Below are positions 38,545 to 49,107 of a DNA stretch of 64,000 nt, one piece after another. The position numbers and the translations under genes are program-made. Every line of letters starts with the position of its first letter. Position 1 is the first letter of the stretch. Below the pieces are notes generated by a model. It was given only the letters and a program-made list of their open reading frames with translations. It was not told the origin of the DNA and did no database searches. Origin of the DNA: an uncultured Gammaproteobacteria bacterium (lineage in GTDB: Bacteria; Patescibacteriota; Microgenomatia; JALYQM01); the NCBI GenBank assembly GCA_964403585.1, contig CAYOFQ010000001.1:1088826-1152825 (forward strand). Reading direction: 5' to 3'.

Positions 38545-39716
38545 AACGTTCCTTTTTCATAAAGACGATTATAAACATGTAATGTCTCCTGAGCCGTCCG
38601 CTTCCAGGAAAATTGCGTAGCACGCGCGTAGGCATTTTTTGCCACAGTTAAAAGTTCTTCGGGATCGCTTTCCAGCACATGAGCAAGAACTACACGAATC
38701 GATTCGACATCAAGCGGATCTTCAATATAGTGAACCTCTTCACCACCAATTTCAGGCAATGAAGAACGATTTGAGCAGATTACCGGCGCTCCACTGGCCA
38801 TGGCCTCAAGAACAGGCAATCCAAAACCTTCATATAAAGAAGGCATTACATAACACCGTGAGTTTGCATATAAATACGGTAAATCAGCGTCGTCAACATA
38901 CCCGGTCAGAATAACTCCCTTAGTTTGTGGTAGTTCACTACTCCAGGATTTTTTACCAACCACTACCAGCGGATACTTATTTCGAATAGTTTCATCCAGC
39001 TTACCGTATGCGTCAATAAGCCGGGCAATATTTTTTCGGGGCTCCAAAGTTCCTACCGCTAAAACATACCCCTGAGCAGATAACCCGTAATTCTTAAGCA
39101 CTTTCTTTGTTCGCTCCTGCTCGGCCAAAGTACCGTCAACCCTCGCCTTTCCGACTGCAAAGAACCGATCATCACATGCAAGCGGAATCACCGTAATCTT
39201 GCTCGCTGGAACCGAAAAACGGTGCAAAATGTCCTGCTTCGTTACTTCCGCATCAACAATAATACAGTCAATATCCTGCTCAATCCGACTCCAGCGTTTT
39301 TCGTGAGCATCACGAATTCGCGGGTGAACCTGATCAGGAAACAAAAACGGAATAAGATCATGGACTGTGGTAACCCGTTTTGCTTTGCTTGACGCTTCCA
39401 CCCAATCCGAAGAATGATAGACATCAACCTTCCCGGTGAATGTCTCCAGCGGAATAATATTCATTGAATTCCAGATAACCTCGTAAAATTTTGGCGGAAA
39501 CGGGAAAAGCTTAAAATCCAGTTTTTCTTTGGGAAAATCTGCTTTAAAGGTATCTGCTAATTTTCCCAAAAACGAGCGGCGACGCATCGCGCTGCCAAAC
39601 AGAATATATTCATTTTGTTTATCCTGGGAAAGTAAGCCGCGAACAAGCTCCAAAACATATCTTCCGCTACCGGTTCCTTCGTACACCGCCTGGGATATGT
39701 CTATACAAATGCGCAT
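38541..39716 (-). CDS. glycosyltransferase family 4
   Basis: MRICIDIS...GSGRY N-terminus and [23 protein letters not shown]. Confidence 0.85.
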   Translation of the reverse strand: MRICIDISQAVYEGTGSGRYVLELVRGLLSQDKQNEYILFGSAMRRRSFLGKLADTFKADFPKEKLDFKLFPFPPKFYEVIWNSMNIIPLETFTGKVDVYHSSDWVEASSKAKRVTTVHDLIPFLFPDQVHPRIRDAHEKRWSRIEQDIDCIIVDAEVTKQDILHRFSVPASKITVIPLACDDRFFAVGKARVDGTLAEQERTKKVLKNYGLSAQGYVLAVGTLEPRKNIARLIDAYGKLDETIRNKYPLVVVGKKSWSSELPQTKGVILTGYVDDADLPYLYANSRCYVMPSLYEGFGLPVLEAMASGAPVICSNRSSLPEIGGEEVHYIEDPLDVESIRVVLAHVLESDPEELLTVAKNAYARATQFSWKRTAQETLHVYNRLYEKGTL

Positions 39717-39751
39717 AATAGCACCTCTTTAGCTATTATACCTTATCAAAA

Positions 39752-40138
39752 CTATTTCCCCAAACGGAATAACCCGGCGATTATCCAGAACAGAATAGCG
39801 TATGCGGCGATTGCAATGAGTGTTTCAAATTCCAGTCGCGCAATGCCATATCCCCACTGGGTTCTAAACATACCCAGAAACGGAAAGACAAACGGATAGG
39901 TTAACTGGTAAATAAAGTTAACAAAAAGACTGGCCGGCGATGCGCCTAACATACGCAACACGAATCTGAGCGCCAGCAAAGCAAGGAGCACGCCTTCGAT
40001 ATAATAAACCACCTGAATCGACTTATTGATACCTTTTACTGAACTCGTTGCCCGAGTCTGTACTGAAGTTCGCTCCACTACCTGATCTCCTACAACATCC
40101 CGGTCAACGGTTCTTTCTTGTACGATAGGATCTGACAT
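39752..40138 (-). CDS. YggT-family membrane protein
   Basis: RFVLRMLGASPASLFVNFIYQLTYPFVFPFLGMF matches the YggT/Ycf19 signature, with two TM helices. Confidence 0.65.
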   Translation of the reverse strand: MSDPIVQERTVDRDVVGDQVVERTSVQTRATSSVKGINKSIQVVYYIEGVLLALLALRFVLRMLGASPASLFVNFIYQLTYPFVFPFLGMFRTQWGYGIARLEFETLIAIAAYAILFWIIAGLFRLGK

Positions 40139-40258
40139 AGAATCTCCAACATTACAATATTATAGTATCATTATTATATAACATTGTTTATGCTTTTACA
40201 AATTCAAAAAAATCCCGGTCTCGAGTGAAACCGGGATCATTAGTTCAAAGAGTAAGAA

Positions 40259-41080
40259 CTACGAGGCAAGTTGTAAATCAAACAACTTGTCATGCATTTC
40301 CCAGAACTTCCCCTGTTCTTGTGCGCAACGTGCAGCTTCGGCTGCTTTCGGTGCCTGAGGATGAATGGTCAACGGAAAATCTTTAAAGACCAATTTAGCT
40401 TTACCTGTCTTAATATACTCGGCATCAATCTGTTTATACGTATCGGCATAGAACCGTCCACAATAGGGACATTCAAAGTCCGAATATTCTACGATGGTGA
40501 TCGGCGCATTAGGATCACCTTTCATTCGAACATTATCCATTGAGATTCCACCCGTCACCCGTTTACCATCATATAAACTCGCCGAGGCTGTCGCCTGAGG
40601 ATCAATTGGCAGAGGCGATCCGTTAAGTACCTGCTGAAACACGTTCATCGGTTGAGCACCAACCAGCGCAACGCCATTAATGACAAAAGATGGAGTTCCG
40701 TTTACCCCAATTTTAGTACCTTCATCCAACTCTTTCTTAACATCGGGAACATATTTTCCCGAATCAAGACAGGTATCAAATTTCTTGGTATCAAGCTTAA
40801 GTTCAGCCGCCAATTTCTTAAAACCGGTGACATTAAAATTACCGGATCCGTTTTGAGCACCGGCAACGGCACCAACGGAAGTCAATTTAGTATTCCGCTC
40901 GGTCACAACACCCAGTGAATAGCTAACTAAAAAGAAAGCCATTAAAAACAATAACGTTGAAAACCATCCGCCACCAAGAAAACCTCCCTGGTGTATCGTC
41001 TGGTTAACTATTTGTGGTTGAGTCTGCGCAACCGGTGATTCAGCTGCGGCTTCAGTATGTACTGACTCTGTATCACTCAC
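40259..41080 (-). CDS. DsbA-family thiol:disulfide oxidoreductase, membrane-anchored
   Basis: N-terminal TM helix and a thioredoxin fold with active site FECPYCGRF. Confidence 0.8.
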   Translation of the reverse strand: MSDTESVHTEAAAESPVAQTQPQIVNQTIHQGGFLGGGWFSTLLFLMAFFLVSYSLGVVTERNTKLTSVGAVAGAQNGSGNFNVTGFKKLAAELKLDTKKFDTCLDSGKYVPDVKKELDEGTKIGVNGTPSFVINGVALVGAQPMNVFQQVLNGSPLPIDPQATASASLYDGKRVTGGISMDNVRMKGDPNAPITIVEYSDFECPYCGRFYADTYKQIDAEYIKTGKAKLVFKDFPLTIHPQAPKAAEAARCAQEQGKFWEMHDKLFDLQLAS

Positions 41081-41098
41081 AGAAATTTCCTTTCTGAA

Positions 41099-41362
41099 CT
41101 AAGGGAAAAGTTGTTCCCCGTTTTCATCATATAAATATATACACTGAACCGGACACCCTTCGGCAGCCTGAACTAAATCGAAATCATCAACCGGCTGACC
41201 AAACTCATACTCGACGACAGTTACTCCGGGATTATTCGGATCTTTATACACTGCCTTGTTCTCAGCATCTAACAAAAAACCTTTTGGATCAAGTACGACA
41301 CAAGTACCTGCTCCAATACACATGCTTTGATCAATTTTTACCTTCTTAACAAGTTTTCCCAT
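41099..41362 (-). CDS. small ferredoxin
   Basis: 87 aa with CIGAGTC...CP cysteine spacing typical of single-cluster ferredoxins. Confidence 0.65.
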   Translation of the reverse strand: MGKLVKKVKIDQSMCIGAGTCVVLDPKGFLLDAENKAVYKDPNNPGVTVVEYEFGQPVDDFDLVQAAEGCPVQCIYLYDENGEQLFP

Positions 41363-41398
41363 AAAGCTCCATTACTATATCAAATAAAGTACTGTGAA

Positions 41399-41764
41399 TC
41401 AATGCAACTCGGAATGCAGTTTTTCGAGCACCGAAAGCGGCAGGAGTGCACATTTTAGCCGGGCAGGCCCGATTTTGACCCCCAGCATCTCGACAATATC
41501 CTCTTGTGAAATTTGGTTCAAAATCTCCACGGGTTGGTCAATCAGCTCCTCGGTCAACATAGACATGGAAGCCTGGGAAATTGCGCACCCTTCACCCCAA
41601 TAGCCTACTGCACTTATCTTGCCATTTTCCACCCGGATATCCAAACCAAGTTTATCCCCGCATAACGGATTTGCAGCTTCTGCCGAAGCGGTTAGCTGCT
41701 CAAGTCTCTCTTTATGACGAGGGTGTTTATAATGGTCTAGAATTTCATCCTGGTATAGGTTCAT
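41399..41764 (-). CDS. sufU: Fe-S cluster assembly scaffold, SufU/IscU (NifU N-terminal domain)
   Basis: Three conserved Cys in NPLCGD, GEGCAIS and RLKCA. Lies directly downstream of sufS. Confidence 0.85.
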   Translation of the reverse strand: MNLYQDEILDHYKHPRHKERLEQLTASAEAANPLCGDKLGLDIRVENGKISAVGYWGEGCAISQASMSMLTEELIDQPVEILNQISQEDIVEMLGVKIGPARLKCALLPLSVLEKLHSELH

Positions 41765-41772
41765 TGATACTC

Positions 41773-42969
41773 CTATTTAAATATCTCCTGAACTTTTAGT
41801 AATCCCTTATACAAGGCATCGATATCTTCCTTTTCATTGTAAATACCAAAGCTTATTCGCGCGAGAGCCGGCTGGACAAACCGGTCACACAGTGGCTGAG
41901 CACAGTGATGCCCACTGCGAATCGCTATTCCTTCTTCATCCAATATTGTTGCAATATCATGCGGATGAATACCCTGCATGGAAAAAGCTACCACCCCGCC
42001 CTTATCATCCGGTTTAGACGGCCCGTATAACCTGAGACCGGAAACATCACGCAACTTCGCAAAAGCATACTGTAACAGTTCCCGATTATGTTCCTTAATA
42101 GTTAAAACTCCCACATCATGTACAAAATCGACCGCAGCACCTAATCCGATTATCTCAACTATGGCCGGTGTACCGGCTTCAAACTTATGAGGTGGCTCCT
42201 TGTAAGTTGTTTTATCCTTATGGACCTCCAGAATCATGTCTCCGCCACCAAGGAAAGGATCCATTGATTCTAACAGTTCATATTTTCCGTAGAGTACCCC
42301 TATGCCACTCGGCCCATACAGTTTGTGCCCGGAAAAAACATACCAGTCGACATCAAGATCGACAACAGAAACGGGAATGTTTGTTACCCCCTGTGCACCA
42401 TCAACCAAAATACGAGCTCCAATTGCATGTGCCCATTCCGCGATATCCTGTATCGGGTTAATTGTTCCAAGTACGTTTGAAACATGTGTAACCGCAACCA
42501 GCTTCACGCGCGTAGGATCAACATTTTTCCATTCCAAATACCCCTCGTCGGTGACAGAAATCCACCGCAATTCAATCCCAATTTCCTTTTGCAGCATCTG
42601 CCACGGAACTATATTGGAATGATGTTCCATTTCAGTCAGAACAATTACATCATCTCTTTTCAAATTCTTTCGCGCCCACGAATACATTACCAAATTAATA
42701 GACTCGGTTGCATTGCGCGTAAAAATAATTTCTTCAGGTTTAGCTGCACCAATAAAACGTGCAATTTTTTCCCGCGCAGCTTCAACCATGGCTGTAGCTT
42801 CCTCAGATAACGAATAGACCCCACGATTAATATTGGCATAATGGTTTTTCATAGCGCCATCCATAGCTGAAATCACTTGGATTGGCTTTTGCGCACTCGC
42901 AGCAGAGTCAAGAAAAATCACTTTTCTATTCTGCAATAACGGGAAGTTTAGTTTGTACGGCTTTTGCAT
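41773..42969 (-). CDS. sufS: cysteine desulfurase, SufS type (class II)
   Basis: PLP lysine region FSGHKLYGPSGIGVLYG and the class II motif RSGHHCAQP. Confidence 0.9.
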   Translation of the reverse strand: MQKPYKLNFPLLQNRKVIFLDSAASAQKPIQVISAMDGAMKNHYANINRGVYSLSEEATAMVEAAREKIARFIGAAKPEEIIFTRNATESINLVMYSWARKNLKRDDVIVLTEMEHHSNIVPWQMLQKEIGIELRWISVTDEGYLEWKNVDPTRVKLVAVTHVSNVLGTINPIQDIAEWAHAIGARILVDGAQGVTNIPVSVVDLDVDWYVFSGHKLYGPSGIGVLYGKYELLESMDPFLGGGDMILEVHKDKTTYKEPPHKFEAGTPAIVEIIGLGAAVDFVHDVGVLTIKEHNRELLQYAFAKLRDVSGLRLYGPSKPDDKGGVVAFSMQGIHPHDIATILDEEGIAIRSGHHCAQPLCDRFVQPALARISFGIYNEKEDIDALYKGLLKVQEIFK

Positions 42970-42989
42970 ACGGGTATTATATCAATAAA

Positions 42990-43646
42990 TCAGTGTCCTT
43001 TCTTAAGACTTTCTAACGTCTGCTCAATCTGATCGCCCGAAGCAATCCAACCCGCAGCTCTCGCATTAACCAACCCGGTACCCCATGTCAAATCCTTGGA
43101 ACGAATCTTACTCAATAAGGTTGAACGGTAATCCTCTATCGGCTCAAAAACCTGACGAAAACCGGAACCCCGCAATGCTAAGTCAAACTCCGCCGGCGAA
43201 CTCAGTCCGCGCCGATAAAATTCTGTACCGTGGTAGACGTAATCAATTCTGCGCAAAGCAGTCCGTACGAGCCCCGCATCCTCAGGTGAGTACTGCACTA
43301 CGGCAACAAAAGCAGTCCAATCCAATGCCTCCCGAAGCAGCAAATAATTAAACTTATTGAGTGACAGAACCCCGAGCCTTCGCCCTTCACTTTGCTTGCA
43401 TAACCGTCCAAACGGGGCAATCACCGCATCGACATAATCATCATAAACCTGCTCTCCGTCATACGGCAGACAGAAATAGGTTGCCATAACCGGTTCCGTC
43501 GATAAAGAAACTCCCATCTCAGGGATACTCCCTCTCTCCGGCAACGCTAACGATGGCAAAATTGGACGAAGTGATTCATTACGCCGAACCAAACGGTACG
43601 GTAAATCAGTTAGATCGACAGTATACGTGTAATACTCAAAAGCCAT
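42990..43646 (-). CDS. hypothetical protein (218 aa)
   Basis: No recognisable motifs. Stop lies 21 nt before the sufS start, so it is likely co-transcribed with the suf genes. Confidence 0.5.
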   Translation of the reverse strand: MAFEYYTYTVDLTDLPYRLVRRNESLRPILPSLALPERGSIPEMGVSLSTEPVMATYFCLPYDGEQVYDDYVDAVIAPFGRLCKQSEGRRLGVLSLNKFNYLLLREALDWTAFVAVVQYSPEDAGLVRTALRRIDYVYHGTEFYRRGLSSPAEFDLALRGSGFRQVFEPIEDYRSTLLSKIRSKDLTWGTGLVNARAAGWIASGDQIEQTLESLKKGH

Positions 43647-43713
43647 CGAGACATTATACAGATATTGGCTTTATTGTGCAATTAATATGCAATTATTAAT
43701 TGGAAAATTATTA

Positions 43714-44298
43714 CTATTCCCCTATTAAATATTCACTAATTTTATTTCGAATTTCTTCCTGCTCGGTTACCGGTATCAACGTCAATACCGGCTCAAAAAA
43801 TCCCTGGATAACAATCTTTTTTGCTTCATCTTCCGCCAAGCCTCTGCTCATCAAGTAAAACATTTGCTCCTCATTAACTTTGCCAACGGTAGCGGCATGC
43901 CCGCCTTGCGTAATATCGTTTTCTTCGATCTCCAGTCCGGGAAACGTATTCGCCGATGCCTGAGGTGAAAGAATCATCAAATTTGCTCTGAAAAACGTTC
44001 GCGTTCCTTTGGCGCCATGCTCAACACGCAACATCCCCGAGAAATCCAGAAAGGATTTATCTAAAGCAACGCCACAGGCAAACACGTTGGCACGGGTATC
44101 TTTTCCTTTATGCACAACCCGTACAGTATTTTTTAAACGGGCGCTATTGCGACCATAAAAAACACCATAAACGTCTACCTCACTATGATCCCCTTCTAAG
44201 ACAATTTCATGCGCTTCCTCCCGGTTCTCATCACCGAACCAGGTAAAAACAAATTGTCGTTTTTCATTATTTTTGAGGGTATTTTGAACTAATTCCAT
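43714..44298 (-). CDS. truncated SufB/SufD-family protein (C-terminal beta-helix/helical part only)
   Basis: LEIEENDITQGGHAATVGKVNEEQMFYLMSRGLAEDEAKKIV matches the conserved SufB/SufD C-terminal signature. Only 194 aa against ~430-480 for full-length proteins. Confidence 0.7.
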   Translation of the reverse strand: MELVQNTLKNNEKRQFVFTWFGDENREEAHEIVLEGDHSEVDVYGVFYGRNSARLKNTVRVVHKGKDTRANVFACGVALDKSFLDFSGMLRVEHGAKGTRTFFRANLMILSPQASANTFPGLEIEENDITQGGHAATVGKVNEEQMFYLMSRGLAEDEAKKIVIQGFFEPVLTLIPVTEQEEIRNKISEYLIGE

Positions 44299-44315
44299 TG
44301 AAAAATTATATCATA

Positions 44316-45446
44316 CTAAATTGCGGTACCCGTCATAATTCCAAACCTCCGCCTCAACCGGGAAAAGGCCTGTGCATGTGCATCTTCAGTTAAAAATGAA
44401 CTGAACGCAGTTCGCTGTTCATCTGTTATATCAGCACCCCCCATAATAAAAGCAAGCGACTCATCAAGCGGTACGCCGATATATCGTAGCTCAGGCAAGA
44501 TTCGTGATAAGGCATAGAGTCGCTCATTATGCGTACGGGTATCGGCACGACCGTAGTCAGATTGACGTGCGTGCACACCGGTTACGGTATCCCGGACATA
44601 ATCAAACACAAATTTCCGGACATCGCCAATTTTATATTTATCAATTAGTGCCTGCCCTGCCAGTTCCCGCTGCCCGGGTAATAATGTAGCAAATCTAAAA
44701 TAGAGTGCTTCATCAACTGGAACATAAAGTCCAGGTATATATCGAACATTAAAAATATGGGACATTCTTTCTGCCAATGTGGCTACTACTTCAGGAAACG
44801 TATCTTTTAATCCGTCAAAATCCACCACTCCCTGTCCGCTAATTTCGTCCATCAGGGTCTCCCAGATCCATGGTTGAGGAGTATCCCGATGTAAAGCCAG
44901 CCGCATAAAAAAGCCGGCATCATATTCATATTTATGTCCAACCCGGTGATCAATTTCGTCCAGTAGCGTTCTCGGAAATTTATTTTTATGCACGGCCACA
45001 TAGACTGCTGCCAACCGGGAGACAAATTTTCGGGTTGTATCATCAACCAAACCATCCCGAAATCGAAGCGGGCTGAGAAAAGCAGAACTAAACACCTCTT
45101 TCCGCAGCCGGCGTAATGATTCAGTTATAAATTCATTTCCAACGTTTGATGGAGAAAATGCCCGCCTGGCATGTAACAGTGCCGCATCTCCAATAACTAC
45201 CCACCGGTGTATATCTGCATGAAAGGAAGCAGAGTCAACTTCCCCGTTATGGATATGGTCGGCCATAACCCGCAGCATCTGACCACCAATCACCTGTCTG
45301 GCTTCGGTATCCCCTTCCCCTGTCAGTGTGTAGGTTCGAAGCTCAGCGGGAGTTACGGAAGCAGGGTCCTGAATATATTGTTCTAATAGTGTTGAAGTTT
45401 CTGCAAATGCCATAGGTAGTGAAATAATACCGATACTATCACGCAA
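44316..45446 (-). CDS. hypothetical protein (376 aa)
   Basis: No recognisable motifs. First gene of the minus-strand run that ends in the suf genes. Confidence 0.5.
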   Translation of the reverse strand: MRDSIGIISLPMAFAETSTLLEQYIQDPASVTPAELRTYTLTGEGDTEARQVIGGQMLRVMADHIHNGEVDSASFHADIHRWVVIGDAALLHARRAFSPSNVGNEFITESLRRLRKEVFSSAFLSPLRFRDGLVDDTTRKFVSRLAAVYVAVHKNKFPRTLLDEIDHRVGHKYEYDAGFFMRLALHRDTPQPWIWETLMDEISGQGVVDFDGLKDTFPEVVATLAERMSHIFNVRYIPGLYVPVDEALYFRFATLLPGQRELAGQALIDKYKIGDVRKFVFDYVRDTVTGVHARQSDYGRADTRTHNERLYALSRILPELRYIGVPLDESLAFIMGGADITDEQRTAFSSFLTEDAHAQAFSRLRRRFGIMTGTAI

Positions 45447-45519
45447 AAGTCACCCAGTCCAGTACAATCATGTAAGTAAGTATAGAAATTACTATAGGGT
45501 TGAATTTTATCTTGTATTA

Positions 45520-46320
45520 GTGTACAATTCGCCAACTATGGCAGAAAAAACATCAGGTGTACCCGAACGTTCCCTTACCACATTAGCTACCGGCTATTAT
45601 AGACTCATTTCGCTCAAACGGTCAGATGAGGTGATAAACCGGGATACCACCGAACGTAAACTAATTAAAGTTCTTCAATGGGGAAGAAGGGCAATCGGAA
45701 AATCACACATTACAGATGGGGATATTGAACTTGGTGAGGTAATCAAGCAAGCTGTTGAAGACAGGATGGTAGAAGTTGGAACAATTTCACGGTTCCCGTC
45801 TGATTTAAGTTCAAAAAAAGATCGTTTCTTTTTAGGGAGAATCTTACCCGCGATAAAATCACAATGGACAGATGCTGGAACTACTTCCGCCCCCGGACTT
45901 GCTCTTTCAGATTTTCTTGAAGTACTCCCTATCGAAGTAGCTGCCCGTGTTGCCAGCGCCGCAGCCGACCCTGACATCGGGCAATCTATTTTTGAACAGA
46001 CTCACGGCCGTTACGATTCTCAGATAGACTGTATTGCGGCTGTTGTCCTTTTGCCCCGAGCTAAACGAAGGGAACTGTTAGTCGAAATGATGAAGCTTGA
46101 CCCATCACCTACCGGACGGGGATACTCGCTATTTAGACTAATTACCTCGGACTGGGCTAATGCAATGTCCAAATTTAACGCCGTTAAGTTAATCTATGCC
46201 AACTTACAGGATGAAGCTGCTGCGGACAAAATTGAAGAAGTCTCCGATGAATTTATGGAATTGGGAAATACCCTCCGGGCAATGATACCGGCCAAACCCG
46301 GCGAACCCCGCAGACTATAA
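45520..46320 (+). CDS. hypothetical protein (266 aa), divergent from the unknown/suf run
   Basis: No recognisable motifs. Its 3' end overlaps the 3' end of dnaJ by 6 nt. Confidence 0.5.
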   Translation: MYNSPTMAEKTSGVPERSLTTLATGYYRLISLKRSDEVINRDTTERKLIKVLQWGRRAIGKSHITDGDIELGEVIKQAVEDRMVEVGTISRFPSDLSSKKDRFFLGRILPAIKSQWTDAGTTSAPGLALSDFLEVLPIEVAARVASAAADPDIGQSIFEQTHGRYDSQIDCIAAVVLLPRAKRRELLVEMMKLDPSPTGRGYSLFRLITSDWANAMSKFNAVKLIYANLQDEAAADKIEEVSDEFMELGNTLRAMIPAKPGEPRRL

Positions 46321-47166
46321 TTCCTTTTGCAGTTCTTCAACTAACTTTTTTGCTTTGTTAGAAAGCTTCGTTGGCACCTTTACGACAAATTTGACGTACT
46401 CATCTCCACGTCCATTACCTCGCGTCGATTGAATTCCCCGACCACCTAAGCGGACAACAGTTCCCGGCTGAGTTCCCGGTTGCACTTTTAACTGTACATC
46501 GCCATCGATAGTAGGAACATCTACTGTCCCACCAAGAGAAGCCAGGGTAAATGGAATTTCCTTCTCAACGATCACATCGTAACCATCACGCTGAAAAATA
46601 GGCGAAGGAAGAACAGAGACAACCAGGGAAAAATCATCAAATTTTATCCGTGTTCCATCGTCGACTCCTGCGGGAATTTTTATTTTACGGTTTTTACCTT
46701 CAATCGAAACCTCTTTTTCAGCACCATGCACGGCTTCCTCAAAACTTATCTGGATCTGGTATGTAGGAGTCCGGGGTCCCCGCCGACCGGCAGCTCCACC
46801 AAACGGACTCCCGCCACCAAAAAAAGAATTCAAGATATCGAACGGATCAAAATCTCCGGTACTCGAATACGAGTACTGATACCCGCCATTGCCAAAACCA
46901 CCATACCCTCCAAACGGATTACCGCCGTAGTTGCCGCCGGCAGCATTTCCTTCAAAGGCAGCGCTACCGAACTGGTCATACGTCTGCCGCTTCTGCGGGT
47001 CCGACAAAACCTCGTATGCCTGATTTACTTCTTTCAGCTTTTTCTCGGCATCCGGTTCTTTATTAACATCAGGATGAAACTTTCGCGCCATCTGACGATA
47101 CGCCTTTTTTATTTCATCCGCAGTAGCAGTTCGTGCGACACCAAGCGTCGCGTAATAATCAGCCAT
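46315..47166 (-). CDS. dnaJ: DnaJ-class chaperone without the Cys-rich zinc-finger domain (class B/CbpA-like)
   Basis: J domain with HPD (KFHPDVN), a G/F-rich region, then C-terminal substrate-binding domains. No CxxCxGxG repeats. Confidence 0.85.
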   Translation of the reverse strand: MADYYATLGVARTATADEIKKAYRQMARKFHPDVNKEPDAEKKLKEVNQAYEVLSDPQKRQTYDQFGSAAFEGNAAGGNYGGNPFGGYGGFGNGGYQYSYSSTGDFDPFDILNSFFGGGSPFGGAAGRRGPRTPTYQIQISFEEAVHGAEKEVSIEGKNRKIKIPAGVDDGTRIKFDDFSLVVSVLPSPIFQRDGYDVIVEKEIPFTLASLGGTVDVPTIDGDVQLKVQPGTQPGTVVRLGGRGIQSTRGNGRGDEYVKFVVKVPTKLSNKAKKLVEELQKEL

Positions 47167-47169
47167 AAA

Positions 47170-49077
47170 TTATCCTACTACTTCTCCCTCTTGTGCATCT
47201 TTCTTATCATCTCCGGTTGCTCCGGTATCTGCAGCACCCGTAGAAGCTCCTGGATTGGCTCCAGGGGCAGCTCCGGCCGCTCCACCCTGTCCATACATCG
47301 ATGACCCGATCTTTTGAATTGTAGCAGACAATGCTTCAGTTTTCATTTTCACTTCTTCAACTGAACCTGTGTGCACAATTGGCTTCAATTCATCAATTTT
47401 ACCCTGCACTTCGTTCTTCACTTCTTCAGGGATCTTACCTTCAGCATCCTTCAACGCTTTCTCAGCAGTAAAGACTAGTGAATCGGCATGGTTTCGTGTT
47501 TCAACTTCTTCTTTCTTCTTGCGATCTTCTTCAGCGTGCTGCTCGGCCTCCTGCTGCATCCGGTTAACTTCATCTTTGGAGAGTCCGGTTGAACCAGTAA
47601 TGGTAATTTTCTGCTCTTTGCCACTCTGCTTTTCTCGTGCAGATACATTCAAAATACCATTGGCATCAATATCAAAAGTAACTTCAACCTGAGGAACACC
47701 ACGGGGTGCCGGCGGAATACCGTCTAAAATAAATCGGCCCAGGGATTTGTTGTCCGCAGCAAATTCCCGTTCACCTTGCAGAACATGAACTTCAACCGAA
47801 GTCTGATTATCCGCAGCAGTTGAGAATACCTGCGATTTCGAAGTAGGAATTGTTGTGTTCTTTTCAATAAGTTTGGTCGATACCCCGCCGAGGGTTTCAA
47901 TACCCAGCGAAAGTGGTGTTACATCAAGTAAAAGTACATCTTTAACTTCACCACCGAGTACGCCACCCTGAATAGCGGCACCAACGGCTACCACCTCATC
48001 AGGATTAATACCCTTATGGGGTTCTTTGCCAAAGAATTTCTTCACTGCTTCACCGACAGCCGGCATACGGGTCATACCACCAACCATAACCACTTCATCA
48101 ATCTTCCCTACTTCCAAATCAGCATCTTTTAACGCCGTCTTCACTGAAACAAATGTCTTTTCAATCAGTTCGGCTACCAGCTGTTCCAGCTTGGCTCGTG
48201 AAAGCTTCGTCTGCATATGTTTTGGACCTGAAGCATCAGCGGTAATAAACGGCAGTGATATTTCAGTTTCCTGAGATGCAGATAATTCAATCTTAGCTTT
48301 TTCGGCGGCATCCTTAAGACGTTGCAACGCCTGCTTATCCTTCGAGAGATCAACACCTTGCTCATTCTTAAATTCGGCGATCAACCAGTCAATAATTTTC
48401 TGATCAAAGTCATCTCCACCAAGGTGAGTGTCACCAGAAGTTGAACGAACTTCATACACACCTTCACCAAGTTCCAAAACTGAAACATCGAAGGTACCAC
48501 CACCTAAGTCATAGACCAAAATAGTATGTGCATTGGCTTTGTCTAATCCGTAAGCCAACGCAGCAGCAGTAGGCTCATTGATAATACGCTTCACTTCCAA
48601 ACCGGCAATTTCACCGGCCTGCTTGGTAGCCTGTCGCTGCGCATCATCAAAGTAAGCAGGTACCGTAATAACTGCCTGAGTTACCTTCTCACCGAGATAC
48701 GCTTCCGCATCTGCTTTGATTTTCTGCAAAATCATGGCCGATACTTCCTGGGGAGTATATGTTCGTCCCTGAACTTCCACATCGGCCATATCGTCACGTC
48801 CGGCGACAACTTTGTACGGAAGCGACTTAACATCCTTCTGTACGGATGCATCATGAAACTTGTGTCCCATTAAACGCTTAACAGAAAAAATAGTCGTATC
48901 AGGATTAACAATCATCTGACGCTTCGCAACATCACCGACGATATGCTTTACAACCTCTACTACTGAAGGAATAACATTGCGTCCTTCGGCGCTATGAATA
49001 ACCTTAGGCTTTCCACCCTCCATCACTGCTACGCAGGAGTTGGTCGTCCCAAGGTCTATACCAATTATTTTTGCCAT
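47170..49077 (-). CDS. dnaK: molecular chaperone DnaK (Hsp70)
   Basis: [22 protein letters not shown] and the full Hsp70 architecture. Confidence 0.97.
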   Translation of the reverse strand: MAKIIGIDLGTTNSCVAVMEGGKPKVIHSAEGRNVIPSVVEVVKHIVGDVAKRQMIVNPDTTIFSVKRLMGHKFHDASVQKDVKSLPYKVVAGRDDMADVEVQGRTYTPQEVSAMILQKIKADAEAYLGEKVTQAVITVPAYFDDAQRQATKQAGEIAGLEVKRIINEPTAAALAYGLDKANAHTILVYDLGGGTFDVSVLELGEGVYEVRSTSGDTHLGGDDFDQKIIDWLIAEFKNEQGVDLSKDKQALQRLKDAAEKAKIELSASQETEISLPFITADASGPKHMQTKLSRAKLEQLVAELIEKTFVSVKTALKDADLEVGKIDEVVMVGGMTRMPAVGEAVKKFFGKEPHKGINPDEVVAVGAAIQGGVLGGEVKDVLLLDVTPLSLGIETLGGVSTKLIEKNTTIPTSKSQVFSTAADNQTSVEVHVLQGEREFAADNKSLGRFILDGIPPAPRGVPQVEVTFDIDANGILNVSAREKQSGKEQKITITGSTGLSKDEVNRMQQEAEQHAEEDRKKKEEVETRNHADSLVFTAEKALKDAEGKIPEEVKNEVQGKIDELKPIVHTGSVEEVKMKTEALSATIQKIGSSMYGQGGAAGAAPGANPGASTGAADTGATGDDKKDAQEGEVVG

Positions 49078-49107
49078 ATGTATAACTCCTTAAATCTACT
49101 AATATTT

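Noticed and set aside
46726-47304. 192-aa plus-strand ORF antisense to dnaJ
   Set aside because: It lies inside the dnaJ G/F-rich coding region and is an antisense artefact.
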